From the NCBI GenBank assembly GCA_963774265.1, contig CAVZDU010000006.1, positions 333,005 to 397,004 on the forward strand: a stretch of DNA of 64,000 nt. Direction: 5' to 3'. Within the stretch, counting starts at the first letter, position 1; each line of letters starts with the position of its first letter. The translations under genes were made by a program, and so were the position numbers. The notes under the pieces are model-generated. The model did not search any database and was not told where the DNA came from. It was given only the letters and a program-made list of their open reading frames with translations. This DNA is from an uncultured Chloroflexia bacterium (GTDB lineage: Bacteria > Chloroflexota > Anaerolineae > CG2-30-64-16). Shown in pieces: positions 19,734 to 29,677 of this stretch.

Positions 19734-21305
19734 ATGACCGGCAATGACGGCGGAGGGGAAGCGTTCGCGCCTCCCCTCCTTGAACTGCACGGAATAACCA
19801 AGAGCTTTGGCGCCCTCCGGGCCAACGACGGCATTGACCTGGACGTCCGTCAGGGCGAGGTTCATGCGCTGTTGGGCGAGAACGGCGCCGGCAAGACCAC
19901 GCTGATGAACATCCTGTATGGATTGGTTCATCCGGATGCAGGCGAAATCCTCCTGAACGGCGTGCCAATACGCATCACATCCCCGCGCGCTGCCATCCGC
20001 CATCACATCGGCATGGTTCATCAGCACTTCATGCTCATCCCAAATCTGACGGTTGTCGAGAACGTGATCTTGGGGCTCCCTGTCGAACGCGAGCCGTTCT
20101 TGGATCTGCGAGCGGCAACCGCGCGGCTCCGCAACCTGTCCGACGAGTACGGCCTGGCGGTTGATCCCACCGCCCTGGTCGCAAATCTGCCCGTTGGTGT
20201 CCAGCAGCGCATCGAGATTCTGAAAGCTCTGTACCGCGGGGCCGAGCTACTGGTTCTTGACGAGCCGACCGCGGTCCTTTCGCCGGGCGAGATCCACGAT
20301 TTCTTTCGCGTGCTCAAGGGCCTGGTGGCGAAAGGGCTCTCGGCGATCTTCATCTCCCACAAGCTGGAGGAGGTGCTGGAGGTTAGCCAGCGCATCACCG
20401 TGTTGCGCCGCGGTCGCAAGGTTGGTACGATCGCCGTCGATCAAGCCAGCCTGCAAGTGCTTGCGGAGATGATGGTGGGCCGTCAGGTGGTATCTCGGGC
20501 GCGACCTCAGCCGCATCCCTTCGGCCCACCGATCCTGCGCGTCGACGGGATCGAGGCGGTTGACGATGGCGGACAACCGGCGTTAAAGGAAGTTAGCTTT
20601 CAGGTGCGCGGCGGTGAGGTTCTGGGCATTGCCGGGGTGGACGGCAATGGTCAACAACAGTTGGCCGAAGTGTTGGCCGGGCTGCGCCCGGCGCGCGCGG
20701 GGCGGATCACGGTGAGCGGGACCGATCTGACCGGATGCCCGCCCGAAGTATTTATCCGGCACGGTGTGGGTTACGTACCGGCCGATCGCCAGAACGTCGG
20801 ATTGATTCTGGATTTCTCGGTTGACGAGAACCTGGTCATCAAGCGCAGCGACCAGCCGGCCTTTTCGCGCCATGGCGTGCTGCGCCCGACCGCCATTCAC
20901 GGATACGCCCGCCGCGTGGTTGATGCCTACGATATCCGCGACGCGGGCCAGGAGACGCGCGTGCGCCAGCTATCCGGTGGCAACCAGCAAAAAGTTGTGC
21001 TGGCGCGCGAAATCGAGGATGGACCGGTGCTGATGGTGGCGGTGCATCCCACCCGCGGCATGGATATCGGAGCCACCGAGTACGTACAACAGCGCATCCT
21101 TGAGCAGCGCGATCAGGGTGTGGCCGTGGTGCTGATCTCCAGCGAGCTTGAAGAGCTTCTGCTGCTTGCGGATCGCATCGCCGTCATGTTCCGCGGGGAA
21201 ATCATGGGCATTCTTCCTGGCGATGGTGCGTCCGTCGAGGTCATCGGGCGCATGATGTTGGGCCAACGCGAGGATCTGGCGTCGCAGGAAGGTGGCGGCT
21301 TATGA
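19734..21305 (+). CDS. ABC transporter ATP-binding protein with duplicated domains (CUT2/nucleoside type)
   Basis: GENGAGKTT, HQHFML, LDEPTAVL, GVDGNGQ, LSGGNQQK, PTRGMD. Confidence 0.92.
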   Translation: MTGNDGGGEAFAPPLLELHGITKSFGALRANDGIDLDVRQGEVHALLGENGAGKTTLMNILYGLVHPDAGEILLNGVPIRITSPRAAIRHHIGMVHQHFMLIPNLTVVENVILGLPVEREPFLDLRAATARLRNLSDEYGLAVDPTALVANLPVGVQQRIEILKALYRGAELLVLDEPTAVLSPGEIHDFFRVLKGLVAKGLSAIFISHKLEEVLEVSQRITVLRRGRKVGTIAVDQASLQVLAEMMVGRQVVSRARPQPHPFGPPILRVDGIEAVDDGGQPALKEVSFQVRGGEVLGIAGVDGNGQQQLAEVLAGLRPARAGRITVSGTDLTGCPPEVFIRHGVGYVPADRQNVGLILDFSVDENLVIKRSDQPAFSRHGVLRPTAIHGYARRVVDAYDIRDAGQETRVRQLSGGNQQKVVLAREIEDGPVLMVAVHPTRGMDIGATEYVQQRILEQRDQGVAVVLISSELEELLLLADRIAVMFRGEIMGILPGDGASVEVIGRMMLGQREDLASQEGGGL

Positions 21306-22453
21306 GCCTGGCTGCGCCCGACCGCTGGGTCCAGCTTGCTGGCCGATCCCTGTTGCGCCAGGCGAAGCAGTTGGTTCTGCCGCTTCTGTCCATCGTAGTT
21401 GCCCTGCTGATTGGTGCGCTCATGATGTCGGCTATCGGCATCGACCCCCTGCGCGCCTACGCCGCGTTGTGGTCGGGGATTGCCGCCAGCCGCTACCAGA
21501 TCGGCATCACCCTGGTCAAGGCCACACCGTTGCTGTTCACCGGCCTGGGCCTGGGGTTCGCTTTTCGTTGTGGCGTGTTCAACATCGGCGGCGAGGGACA
21601 GATCTACATCGGCGCGTTGTTCGCCACGGTGATTGGGCTGCAGTATTGGGGGCTGCCGGCCTACGTTCACTTGCCGCTGGCATTGGCTGCCGGCTTCATC
21701 GGTGGCGGGCTATGGGGCGCCATCCCCGGTTACCTGAAGGCACGGTTGCAGGTCAACGAGGTTATCACGACGATCCTGCTGAACTACATCGCAATCTTCC
21801 TGGTAAGCTATTTCACTCACGGCCCTCTGAAGGAGAATCCAAATTCGGCGGCTTCGCTGCCGCACACAGCCGAAGTGTTGCTTACGAGCCGGTTGCCCCT
21901 CATCTGGCCCGGCACCCGCCTCCATCTGGGGTTCATCATCGGGCTGGTGGCCGCGGCCGTGCTCTGGTTCATCATGTTTCGCACTTCGTTTGGCTTCAAA
22001 GCACGCGCTGTGGGTCTCAGCCTGCCGGCCGCGCGCTACGCCGGCATGCGGGTCGTTCCTGTTATTACGCTGGCGATGTTCATCAGCGGCGGGTTAGCAG
22101 GGGTGGCGGGATCGGTTGAGATTCTCGCCGTGCAACGCCGCTTACGCGATGCGTTCTCGGCCGGCACGGGCTATACGGCCATCGCGATTGCCCTGCTGGG
22201 TCAGAATAATCCCATCGGCATCGTCGTGGCTGCGGTTGTATTCGGCGCGCTGGAGGCAGGCGCGAGCCAGATGGAAGCGCTCGCCGGAGTGCCTTCGACC
22301 ATTGTGGAAATCATCCAGGCCATCATCATCTTCCTGGTGGCGCTCAGCGTAGCATGGCGCAACAAGACGCTGACGGGTTGGCTGAGGCGCGCGTTTGCGC
22401 GGTCCGGGACGCCCGATGGACGGGTGCGGAGGCTGCCGTGGAAGTCGCGCTGA
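21302..22453 (+). CDS. Nucleoside ABC permease 1
   Basis: FNIGGEGQ, NEVITTILLN, AARYAG motifs. Confidence 0.9.
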   Translation: MSLAAPDRWVQLAGRSLLRQAKQLVLPLLSIVVALLIGALMMSAIGIDPLRAYAALWSGIAASRYQIGITLVKATPLLFTGLGLGFAFRCGVFNIGGEGQIYIGALFATVIGLQYWGLPAYVHLPLALAAGFIGGGLWGAIPGYLKARLQVNEVITTILLNYIAIFLVSYFTHGPLKENPNSAASLPHTAEVLLTSRLPLIWPGTRLHLGFIIGLVAAAVLWFIMFRTSFGFKARAVGLSLPAARYAGMRVVPVITLAMFISGGLAGVAGSVEILAVQRRLRDAFSAGTGYTAIAIALLGQNNPIGIVVAAVVFGALEAGASQMEALAGVPSTIVEIIQAIIIFLVALSVAWRNKTLTGWLRRAFARSGTPDGRVRRLPWKSR

Positions 22454-23361
22454 TTATTTCGTTGGCCGCAGCCGGCATCCGCCTGGCCACATCGCTGCTC
22501 TTTGCTGCGCTCGGTGGCATCATCAGCGAGCGCTCGGGCGTTCTCAATATTGGGTTGGAGGGCATGCTGGTGGCCGGCACATTTGGCGGCTATGTCGGCG
22601 CGCTCGTCGGGCAGAATCCGTGGGCCGGCGTGGTGGGCGGCATACTGGCCGGAGCCCTGGTTGGGTTCCTGTTTGCGGTGCTTGCCGTCCTGTTGCAGGG
22701 CGATCAGGTCGTGCTGGGCACAGGCGTCAACATCATCGCTCTGGGGCTGACATCCTTCTTTTACCGGGCGATGTATCGCAACGGCATCTCGCAGTTCTTC
22801 CCCGGCTTCCAAATCTACCCCATCCCTGGCCTCGCTGAGATTCCAGTCCTCGGCCCGGTACTGTTTACCCAGATTCCGCTGGTCTACATCGCCTACCTGC
22901 TTGTGCCGGCTGTGGCCTTTTTCCTTTACAGGACGACATGGGGGCTGAAGCTAAGAGCCGCGGGTGAGCATCCCCGGGCCGTCGACACGGCAGGCATCTC
23001 CGTGCGCCTGGTCCGCATGGTCGCCGTTACCTTCAGCGGCGCGCTGGCAGGGCTGGGCGGTGCATTTCTTTGCGTGGGGCAGCTTTCGGCGTTTACTGAG
23101 GGCCTGGTGGCCGGCCGGGGCTTCATCGCGCTGGCCGCGGTGATCTTCGGCCGCTGGGACCCGCTGCGCGCCGCTCTGGCCTGCCTCATGTTCGGGTTGG
23201 CTGACGCGCTGCAATTGCGGCTGCAGGGCCTGGGGGTTCCGATTCCGTATGAGTTTCTGCTCATGTTTCCATACGTGCTCACGCTGGTTACCTTCGTGAT
23301 ATTCGTGCATCGGGCCCGACCGCCTGCCGCTTTGGGTCAGCCATACGGCGGCCACGATTGA
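22438..23361 (+). CDS. Nucleoside ABC permease 2
   Basis: SERSGVLNIGLEG, GEHPRAVDTAG, GRGFIALAAVIFG, PAALGQPY; GTG start after GGAGG. Confidence 0.9.
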   Translation: MEVALIISLAAAGIRLATSLLFAALGGIISERSGVLNIGLEGMLVAGTFGGYVGALVGQNPWAGVVGGILAGALVGFLFAVLAVLLQGDQVVLGTGVNIIALGLTSFFYRAMYRNGISQFFPGFQIYPIPGLAEIPVLGPVLFTQIPLVYIAYLLVPAVAFFLYRTTWGLKLRAAGEHPRAVDTAGISVRLVRMVAVTFSGALAGLGGAFLCVGQLSAFTEGLVAGRGFIALAAVIFGRWDPLRAALACLMFGLADALQLRLQGLGVPIPYEFLLMFPYVLTLVTFVIFVHRARPPAALGQPYGGHD

Positions 23362-23404
23362 TGCCGAGCAAAAAGTCCTGGGCCGCGCGCTTTGGAGGAG
23401 AGGC

Positions 23405-24787
23405 ATGATCTTCGATAACGCCACCATCATTACCCTAAATCCGCGCCGCGAGATAGTCAGCCAGGGTGCGGTTGCTGTTTCCGGCCGCGAGATCGTCGCG
23501 GTCGGCAAGCGCGCTCACATCGTCGAGCGGTACCCAGAAAAAAAGCGCATTGACTGTCACGGAAACGTGCTGCTGCCCGGCCTGATTGATACCCACGTGC
23601 ATACGGCGCAGGCCATGCTGCGCGGCTGCGCCGATGACCTGCGACTGCTCGATTGGCTGTTCAAGCGAGTGTGGGTGCTGCAGGGCAGTTACACCGAGGA
23701 GGATGGCCAGGCAAGTGCCGCGCTCTGTGCGCTGGAGATGATCAAGTCAGGCACCACAGCCTTCATCGAATCCATGCTCGCGGAACGCTATGGGTTTGAC
23801 GGCGTGGCCGAGGTGCTTCTTCGTTCCGGCATGCGGGCCGCCATCGGCAAGATCGTGATGGACCTGCCGACCTATGCGCGTTCCGAGAACCAGATGCATC
23901 CGGGCATGGTGGAAGATGGCGAGACGAGCATCCGCAACACCCTGGCTGCGTACGACCGGTGGCACGGCAAAGGAGATGGCCGGCTTCAGGTCTGGTTTGG
24001 ACCGCGCACGCCGGGCGGTGTGACGCCTGCGCTGTACGACGAAATCAGCCAACTGGCGCGTGAGCGGGACATGGGCATCACGATCCATCTATCGGAGGTG
24101 CGCGAGGATCTGGACTACGCGGCTGCCCAGGGTTTCCGTTCGCCAGCTGAGTTTGCTCAGGCGCACGGGCTTCTGGGGCCTCGCACGGTGTTGGCTCACT
24201 TCGTGTGGAGTGATGCTGAGGATTGGCGCTTGCTTGCCCAAATGGGAACCCACGTGTCGCACAACCCGGCCTCCAACGCCAAGACAGCCACCGGCATCGC
24301 CCCCGTGGCCGGCATGTTGGCCAGCGGGGTGAACGTCAGCCTGGGTTGTGATGGTGGACCCAGCAACAACACCTATGACATGATACGGGATATGCGCCTG
24401 GCCGCCTACCTTGCCAAGCTGCACGAGGGTGACGCGGCCGCAGTGCCTGCTGAGGTAATACTGGAAATGGCAACGATCAATGGAGCCCGGGCAATGGGAA
24501 TCGACGACCTGGTGGGTTCCATCGAGATCGGCAAGCGCGCCGACCTGATCCTCATTAACATGGACGCGCCCCACCTGACGCCGGCTTGGGACCCTGTTTC
24601 GACAATCGTGTATGCCGCCACCGGCAACGACGTTGACACGGTGGTGATTGACGGCCGCATCGTCATGCAGGGGCGCAAGCTGCTGACGCTAGACGAGGAG
24701 TCTATACTGGAGGATGCCCGCCGGCGCTACCGCCAGGTTGCTCAGCGCGGCGGCCTCGATATCCGGCCGCGCTGGCCGGTGGTGTAG
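23405..24787 (+). CDS. Amidohydrolase (MTA/SAH or purine deaminase family)
   Basis: PGLIDTHVH, IHLSE, HNPASN, LGCDG, GSIEIGKRAD. Confidence 0.88.
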   Translation: MIFDNATIITLNPRREIVSQGAVAVSGREIVAVGKRAHIVERYPEKKRIDCHGNVLLPGLIDTHVHTAQAMLRGCADDLRLLDWLFKRVWVLQGSYTEEDGQASAALCALEMIKSGTTAFIESMLAERYGFDGVAEVLLRSGMRAAIGKIVMDLPTYARSENQMHPGMVEDGETSIRNTLAAYDRWHGKGDGRLQVWFGPRTPGGVTPALYDEISQLARERDMGITIHLSEVREDLDYAAAQGFRSPAEFAQAHGLLGPRTVLAHFVWSDAEDWRLLAQMGTHVSHNPASNAKTATGIAPVAGMLASGVNVSLGCDGGPSNNTYDMIRDMRLAAYLAKLHEGDAAAVPAEVILEMATINGARAMGIDDLVGSIEIGKRADLILINMDAPHLTPAWDPVSTIVYAATGNDVDTVVIDGRIVMQGRKLLTLDEESILEDARRRYRQVAQRGGLDIRPRWPVV

Positions 24788-24987
24788 GATTGGGCGATTC
24801 CGTGTTGGGTGTGTCTCGCGTGCATAACCGGAAATCCATATCGACGCTGCGCACCGCAAGAGCAGGAACCGCCCAACTACAGCGATTTCAGCGGGTCTTA
24901 TGTTTACTTTAGTGCCGGCGAGTCTGCGCGATTCCTATCCAGCGAATTCAGAGGGCATCCCAATGTGATGAAGTGTGCCGCTCCGGC

Positions 24988-25779
24988 CTATTGCTGACGC
25001 GCAGTTCCACTTTCTGCGGGCATCCGTTGCTGCAGCTCGTCGGCAAAGCGGTCGGCGAATAGCTCCGCATCCCCGCACCAGCGTGAGGTGATCAAGTTGC
25101 CGTCGGAGACCACATAAGGACGCAGAATGCTCGGCCCACTGGAGAAATCGTCAGGATGCTCCAGGCAAGCGCGCACCTCCTCGGTCACGCAGCAGGAATA
25201 CATGAGATAGCCACGCCTGAGCAGCCAGGAGTCGAGCAAGTAGGCGGCGCGATCTAGCGACCTGGGTAACGCGGTGACCTTATAACCATGGAGGATGCTG
25301 CGTCCGGTTTGAGGATCGATTGTGCGGGCGAGCACCAGCACGCCGTGACAGAGTGCGCCGATCAGCCTGCCCTGCTGCCAGAATTGCAGCACCTTACTCC
25401 GCAGTACTGGGCTTTCCAGGTACTGGCGCACGCAGGGGGCATCTCCGCCGGGCAGCAGTATCGCCTGGTATCGGTCGGGATCAATCTCGGCGTAGGGGAT
25501 CGGGTGCTGGTAGGCCGGATCTTCCGTCATTTGCCGGTAAGCCACCTGAGCTTCTGCACTTGCACTAAGCAGTCCCGGGAGCGGCCCTTTCAGCTTGTGC
25601 AGATCGGCCTGCGCGATGCTTCCCTGTTCGGTGCTGAAAGCAACTCCCCACCGGCGAGAAGCGCACACCTTCCAGGGAATCGCGGCTTCGGTGGGATCGA
25701 AACCGTGATCTGGGAGCGGCATGAGGATACTGGGGATGGTCCTGCCTGGATTGGTCCCTGTGGTACTCGTTTCGGCCAT
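24988..25779 (-). CDS. DJ-1/PfpI family protein
   Basis: FDPTE, LLPGG, GALCHG nucleophile elbow, DGNLITSR. Confidence 0.82.
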   Translation of the reverse strand: MAETSTTGTNPGRTIPSILMPLPDHGFDPTEAAIPWKVCASRRWGVAFSTEQGSIAQADLHKLKGPLPGLLSASAEAQVAYRQMTEDPAYQHPIPYAEIDPDRYQAILLPGGDAPCVRQYLESPVLRSKVLQFWQQGRLIGALCHGVLVLARTIDPQTGRSILHGYKVTALPRSLDRAAYLLDSWLLRRGYLMYSCCVTEEVRACLEHPDDFSSGPSILRPYVVSDGNLITSRWCGDAELFADRFADELQQRMPAESGTARQQ

Positions 25780-25872
25780 GGCCTGTGCCTCCTGCGACCC
25801 GGTACGCTAAGGAAATTGGGTTGCCCGGGTCAGCCCGTCTTCACATCTGCGGCTATTCCCAGCCATGATTCG

Positions 25873-26760
25873 TTATTGGTGCGTATCTCTCAGCCAGACG
25901 TTCCTCGCCTCGGCACTCTCCTGTCTTGGGATAAGCTTTATGGCATCGTTTGGACATGCTGCCCGGCAAACACCGCACCCGAAACACCTGGTAGGATCGA
26001 TGTAGACCTTGGCAAGGGCAGACGAGTAGAATTGGGCACCGAACTGACATTGACTCATGCACGCCTTGCACCCTGTGCAGAGATCCCAGTCTGTCCGGCA
26101 GATATACTCCGCTCGGAAGAAGCTGGGCGCCCCTCGCATCTCGACGTAACCCCTGTATGCCCCGCAATCTCGATCGCAGTTGCATACGCCTATCACGTAT
26201 GGGGCAACGCCTGTCCACACGCTGTGCATCAGCCCTTCTTCATCGAAACGCCGGAATATCCTTTTCGCCTCCTCCTTGTCCAAAACTTCCAGTGATGCAG
26301 CAGCGTCCGGATAACGCCCCAGGATGCCCCATTTGTCCATGCCCAAGCCAAAGCAGTAGCGCTGGTCCGTTTTCCCCGTGTTGATGAATCGGCATCCGCA
26401 AGGCATTCGCGTGATCGAGTCCGCGAGGTTGATCACCTTCTCAACGTCCTCGATGGGCAAGACCTGGCCAAAGTGCTCGACCTTGCGCTGTGCCACGATC
26501 GCATCCTCGCTCGGTGGCACTTTAGGAGACGTGACCTCTGACCGAGCACCCTGTGGCGCCATGGGCGTCCTGGTTATTCCGCCCATGGCCGGCAGCACAA
26601 AGTCCTCCCAGAAGCGATTGTTCCACTCGAGACGGGTCGTGGCGGCAACGGCACCTTTCTGGGCAGCCGTGAGCTCCTCATAGAGCAACACGTCGGCGTA
26701 GTTCTTCATCTGCAGGTACCACTTTTTACCCTCACCATGTTGGGTACAGAACTCGCACAT
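25873..26760 (-). CDS. 4Fe-4S dicluster protein with additional Cys motifs
   Basis: CTGCKACMSQC and CFGCGVCRAACP ferredoxin motifs, plus MCEFC, CGCR and CNCDRDC. Confidence 0.85.
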   Translation of the reverse strand: MCEFCTQHGEGKKWYLQMKNYADVLLYEELTAAQKGAVAATTRLEWNNRFWEDFVLPAMGGITRTPMAPQGARSEVTSPKVPPSEDAIVAQRKVEHFGQVLPIEDVEKVINLADSITRMPCGCRFINTGKTDQRYCFGLGMDKWGILGRYPDAAASLEVLDKEEAKRIFRRFDEEGLMHSVWTGVAPYVIGVCNCDRDCGAYRGYVEMRGAPSFFRAEYICRTDWDLCTGCKACMSQCQFGAQFYSSALAKVYIDPTRCFGCGVCRAACPNDAIKLIPRQESAEARNVWLRDTHQ

Positions 26761-26942
26761 TCTGCTCTCCTTTCAACGATGCATCGGTCGCGCTGTCTGG
26801 CGCAACATACACCGACTTGCGCGATATTCATCCAGCGGATTGGGTCATTTCTGAACAATTTGCCCAGAGTCCGCTCCTCCGACGAATGATTGGGTGGCGG
26901 AGTACGCTCTTCACCGTACTCCCTTTCCGATCTAGCCGTCCT

Positions 26943-27758
26943 CTACTCATTCTTCTGCGGTTCGAGGCATATGCCAGTCAGGTCACGAAGCTCGTCGCCC
27001 GTCGACAGTTGCCCCGCGAAACGGCTCGTGAAACGCACAGCCGGCGCTCCGTCGACGATGTCGTGATCGAACGAGACCGTCAGGCAGAGATGCTCCCGCT
27101 CCTGCAGAGCGCCATCGACGAGCGTCGGGCGCCTCGCAATCGTGCCAACGGTCACGGTGACAGTTGCGCTGGTGAGTGGTACGGCCCACAGCGACCCTGA
27201 GCCATACATGCCAATGCTAGTCACCCCAACGACGCCGAACCGCTTCTGCATGCCGATATTGTGGGACGCGAGGCGGATGAAGGTGCGAAGCAGGAAACCC
27301 GGGATGAAGCGGATCCATGCGAACCCCGTCGCCGCGCCGAGACGCTCCCCCGCGTGCTGCTGGGCCGCCCGCAGCTCGTCATTGATCTGACGGAGCGTCT
27401 TTCGATTGGCCGCCTGGATTCCTACCGGCTCAGGGACGCTCTCGCCATCGATCTCGCGCTCGAAAAGGACGCTGATCGTGAGATCGTCGAGCACGATCAG
27501 CCGGCTTCCTTTGCGAAAGGAGTTGAACTTCGGGAAGGCGTCAAACGTGCGGGCCAGGCAGGCCACGATGTAACCTGTGAGTGACAACCTCTCCCCTGTG
27601 CGCTCGCGATGTTCAGCGATGAGACGGCGCGGTTCGGTGATATCCACCTCCGTGATGAGGTGAATCGTGTTCTTCTCCCCATTCACAGTCGCGGCTGCAG
27701 CAACCATTTGTCGATTGCCGCCAAACGTCTCGACCCGGTATCCTTTGCCCTCGCCCAT
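26943..27758 (-). CDS. Stand-alone 2-oxoacid dehydrogenase E2 catalytic (acyltransferase) domain
   Basis: SFDHDIVDGAPA (HxxxDG); no lipoyl domain. Confidence 0.82.
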   Translation of the reverse strand: MGEGKGYRVETFGGNRQMVAAAATVNGEKNTIHLITEVDITEPRRLIAEHRERTGERLSLTGYIVACLARTFDAFPKFNSFRKGSRLIVLDDLTISVLFEREIDGESVPEPVGIQAANRKTLRQINDELRAAQQHAGERLGAATGFAWIRFIPGFLLRTFIRLASHNIGMQKRFGVVGVTSIGMYGSGSLWAVPLTSATVTVTVGTIARRPTLVDGALQEREHLCLTVSFDHDIVDGAPAVRFTSRFAGQLSTGDELRDLTGICLEPQKNE

Positions 27759-27866
27759 CGGCCCTCCCCACCTCTACGCCAATCGACTGCTACAGGATAC
27801 ACCCCATTGAGCAGTTTTCGTCTACCGAATTTGGTTCATGTGGTGGGTCACCAGCAACATCCGCCA

Positions 27867-28178
27867 TTATCGCCCACGCGGCCGCCTGCGCATGTCGATG
27901 ATCACAATGATCAGGGCCACGATGAGCAGGAGGAGGTCGCCGGCGAGCAGTACTGCCGGCGTGATGCCCTGTTCCCTCAGTCCGGCCAAGGAACCCGGGG
28001 GCTGGCCGACCGATGCAGGCGTTGCCTGGATATTCACAGGACTTGCAGTCGCAGGCAGTGGGGTCCCAGTTGCGGTTGGTTCAAGGAAAAACACGGTTGC
28101 TTGGGTGGGGAGCGCGGATGGGAAGGTCAACGCGAGCACAAGCAGTGCCAGGGCGAACAGGCTATGCGGGACCTTCAT
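27867..28178 (-). CDS. Small protein: signal peptide, P/T-rich linker, C-terminal TM helix and basic tail
   Basis: Hydropathy pattern; ends RRRPRGR. Confidence 0.6.
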   Translation of the reverse strand: MKVPHSLFALALLVLALTFPSALPTQATVFFLEPTATGTPLPATASPVNIQATPASVGQPPGSLAGLREQGITPAVLLAGDLLLLIVALIIVIIDMRRRPRGR

Positions 28179-28189
28179 GGCGGCGGTCG

Positions 28190-29359
28190 TCAGGCAGCCC
28201 CGGCTGCGGGATTCATCACCCTGCCAAGAAAGAGAACGCTGCCCGTGCTATTCTCACGAATCAGAAAGACAAACGGATGATCGGCACGGAAGAGGGGCGG
28301 GCGCGATGGAAGCCCCTTCTCCATGATAACCGCTGTCGCAGCCGCCGCCTCCGCGCCTTTCTCGTTCACGGCAACAAAACCCTTGTGCAAGACTGCCGAT
28401 ATGAACAGGGTCGCCTCGTCCATTCCCGAAAAGTCCGCCTTAGCAGAAAACGCATCGATCATCCCCATCGATATCAGCGCATCGTCCAGCCTGAACGGGA
28501 AGGCTATGTCGAACCTGGGCAGGAATACCTCGACCTTCGTCTCCCATAGATGCCCTGTCCACCTGCCCAAATTCTCAACCGTCAAAGAGTCTTCGAGTTT
28601 CGCCAGTCCACCGTTCTCCGTGGGCAAGAGCACGATCATCGACACATCATGCCCCGCGTACGGCAGCTCAAGAATCTGCAGACCATCGCTTTCGCCATAC
28701 ACGAAGTCGTGCGTCTGAGTCATCATCGGTGTCTGGACGCGTTCGCCGGCCGCGACCCAAAACGGCGCCTTTGCGGTGAGCTGCGGATCAAACTGGCTGG
28801 CCCAGTTCCCTTTGAAATAGATGGCGTTGACCAGGACCAGGCGTGTAAGTGGACCGAGAAGCTCCGGTGGGATCAAATCCTTGATCTTACTTTCAGTCTC
28901 TTCTTCGACCCACGCGTTGATCGTGTGGCGCGCCGCTTCGGGGTTTCCGTAGTCAACAGTGGCGATCGACACGCCGTGGTATTGTTTCATCAGGGCCAGG
29001 AACTCCGCCAGGAGAGCATGCCCTTCCTGCCGCCAGAGCGAGTTGGCGATCCTCAGTTGCATCTGGCGCTTCTGGCTGACGTCGCCCAACTTCGCTTCCA
29101 GAAGGGCAAAGGCCGGATGAAGCTGCTTCTGATCCAGAAGGAAGTGAAGAGCCTGGGCCATCTGGCGTTCGGTGTTCCCCCGCGCGCCGGCATAAGTCAT
29201 GGCCAGTGCAGTCGAGATGCTGTAGGGCGAGAAAAAGAGGTTCCCCCCGATAGACCTCAGCCTGCGGTAGAGATCCAGCCCGAATTCGGTGTTCCCCTGC
29301 ACTGCAGTTGCCAGGATGGAACGGGTCTCTGCCTGAATGCCCTGCTCAGGTGATTTCAT
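28190..29359 (-). CDS. Serpin (serine protease inhibitor)
   Basis: FFSPYSI, INAWVEEET…I, LVNAIYFKGNW, hinge EKGAEAAAAT, FRADHPFVFLI, LFLGRV. Confidence 0.92.
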   Translation of the reverse strand: MKSPEQGIQAETRSILATAVQGNTEFGLDLYRRLRSIGGNLFFSPYSISTALAMTYAGARGNTERQMAQALHFLLDQKQLHPAFALLEAKLGDVSQKRQMQLRIANSLWRQEGHALLAEFLALMKQYHGVSIATVDYGNPEAARHTINAWVEEETESKIKDLIPPELLGPLTRLVLVNAIYFKGNWASQFDPQLTAKAPFWVAAGERVQTPMMTQTHDFVYGESDGLQILELPYAGHDVSMIVLLPTENGGLAKLEDSLTVENLGRWTGHLWETKVEVFLPRFDIAFPFRLDDALISMGMIDAFSAKADFSGMDEATLFISAVLHKGFVAVNEKGAEAAAATAVIMEKGLPSRPPLFRADHPFVFLIRENSTGSVLFLGRVMNPAAGAA

Positions 29360-29677
29360 GTGCCTCTCCGCGACTTTGATGGCCGCAATCGATGGGGGCA
29401 TTATCGCGCAGAGATGGGTGACTGAAAAGGGCAATCCTCCGGGAGGCAGGGCTGGTCGGAAGTGTTGACGATGCCGCACACGCCTGGGCAAACGCGAATC
29501 GATATGACACGCTGCCGTGCCATTGTTTGGCTTTGCACAATCTATCGGCACAAAGGTACAATGTCGGTGACTCTATAGCGTCCTGTAATCCGCCGAGACC
29601 ATGTTCACCGGCCCGGCCGCGGTAACCAGTCGGTTCACGCAACTATCTGCCGCTGGTCCAACGGTGAGAGGTGAGGG

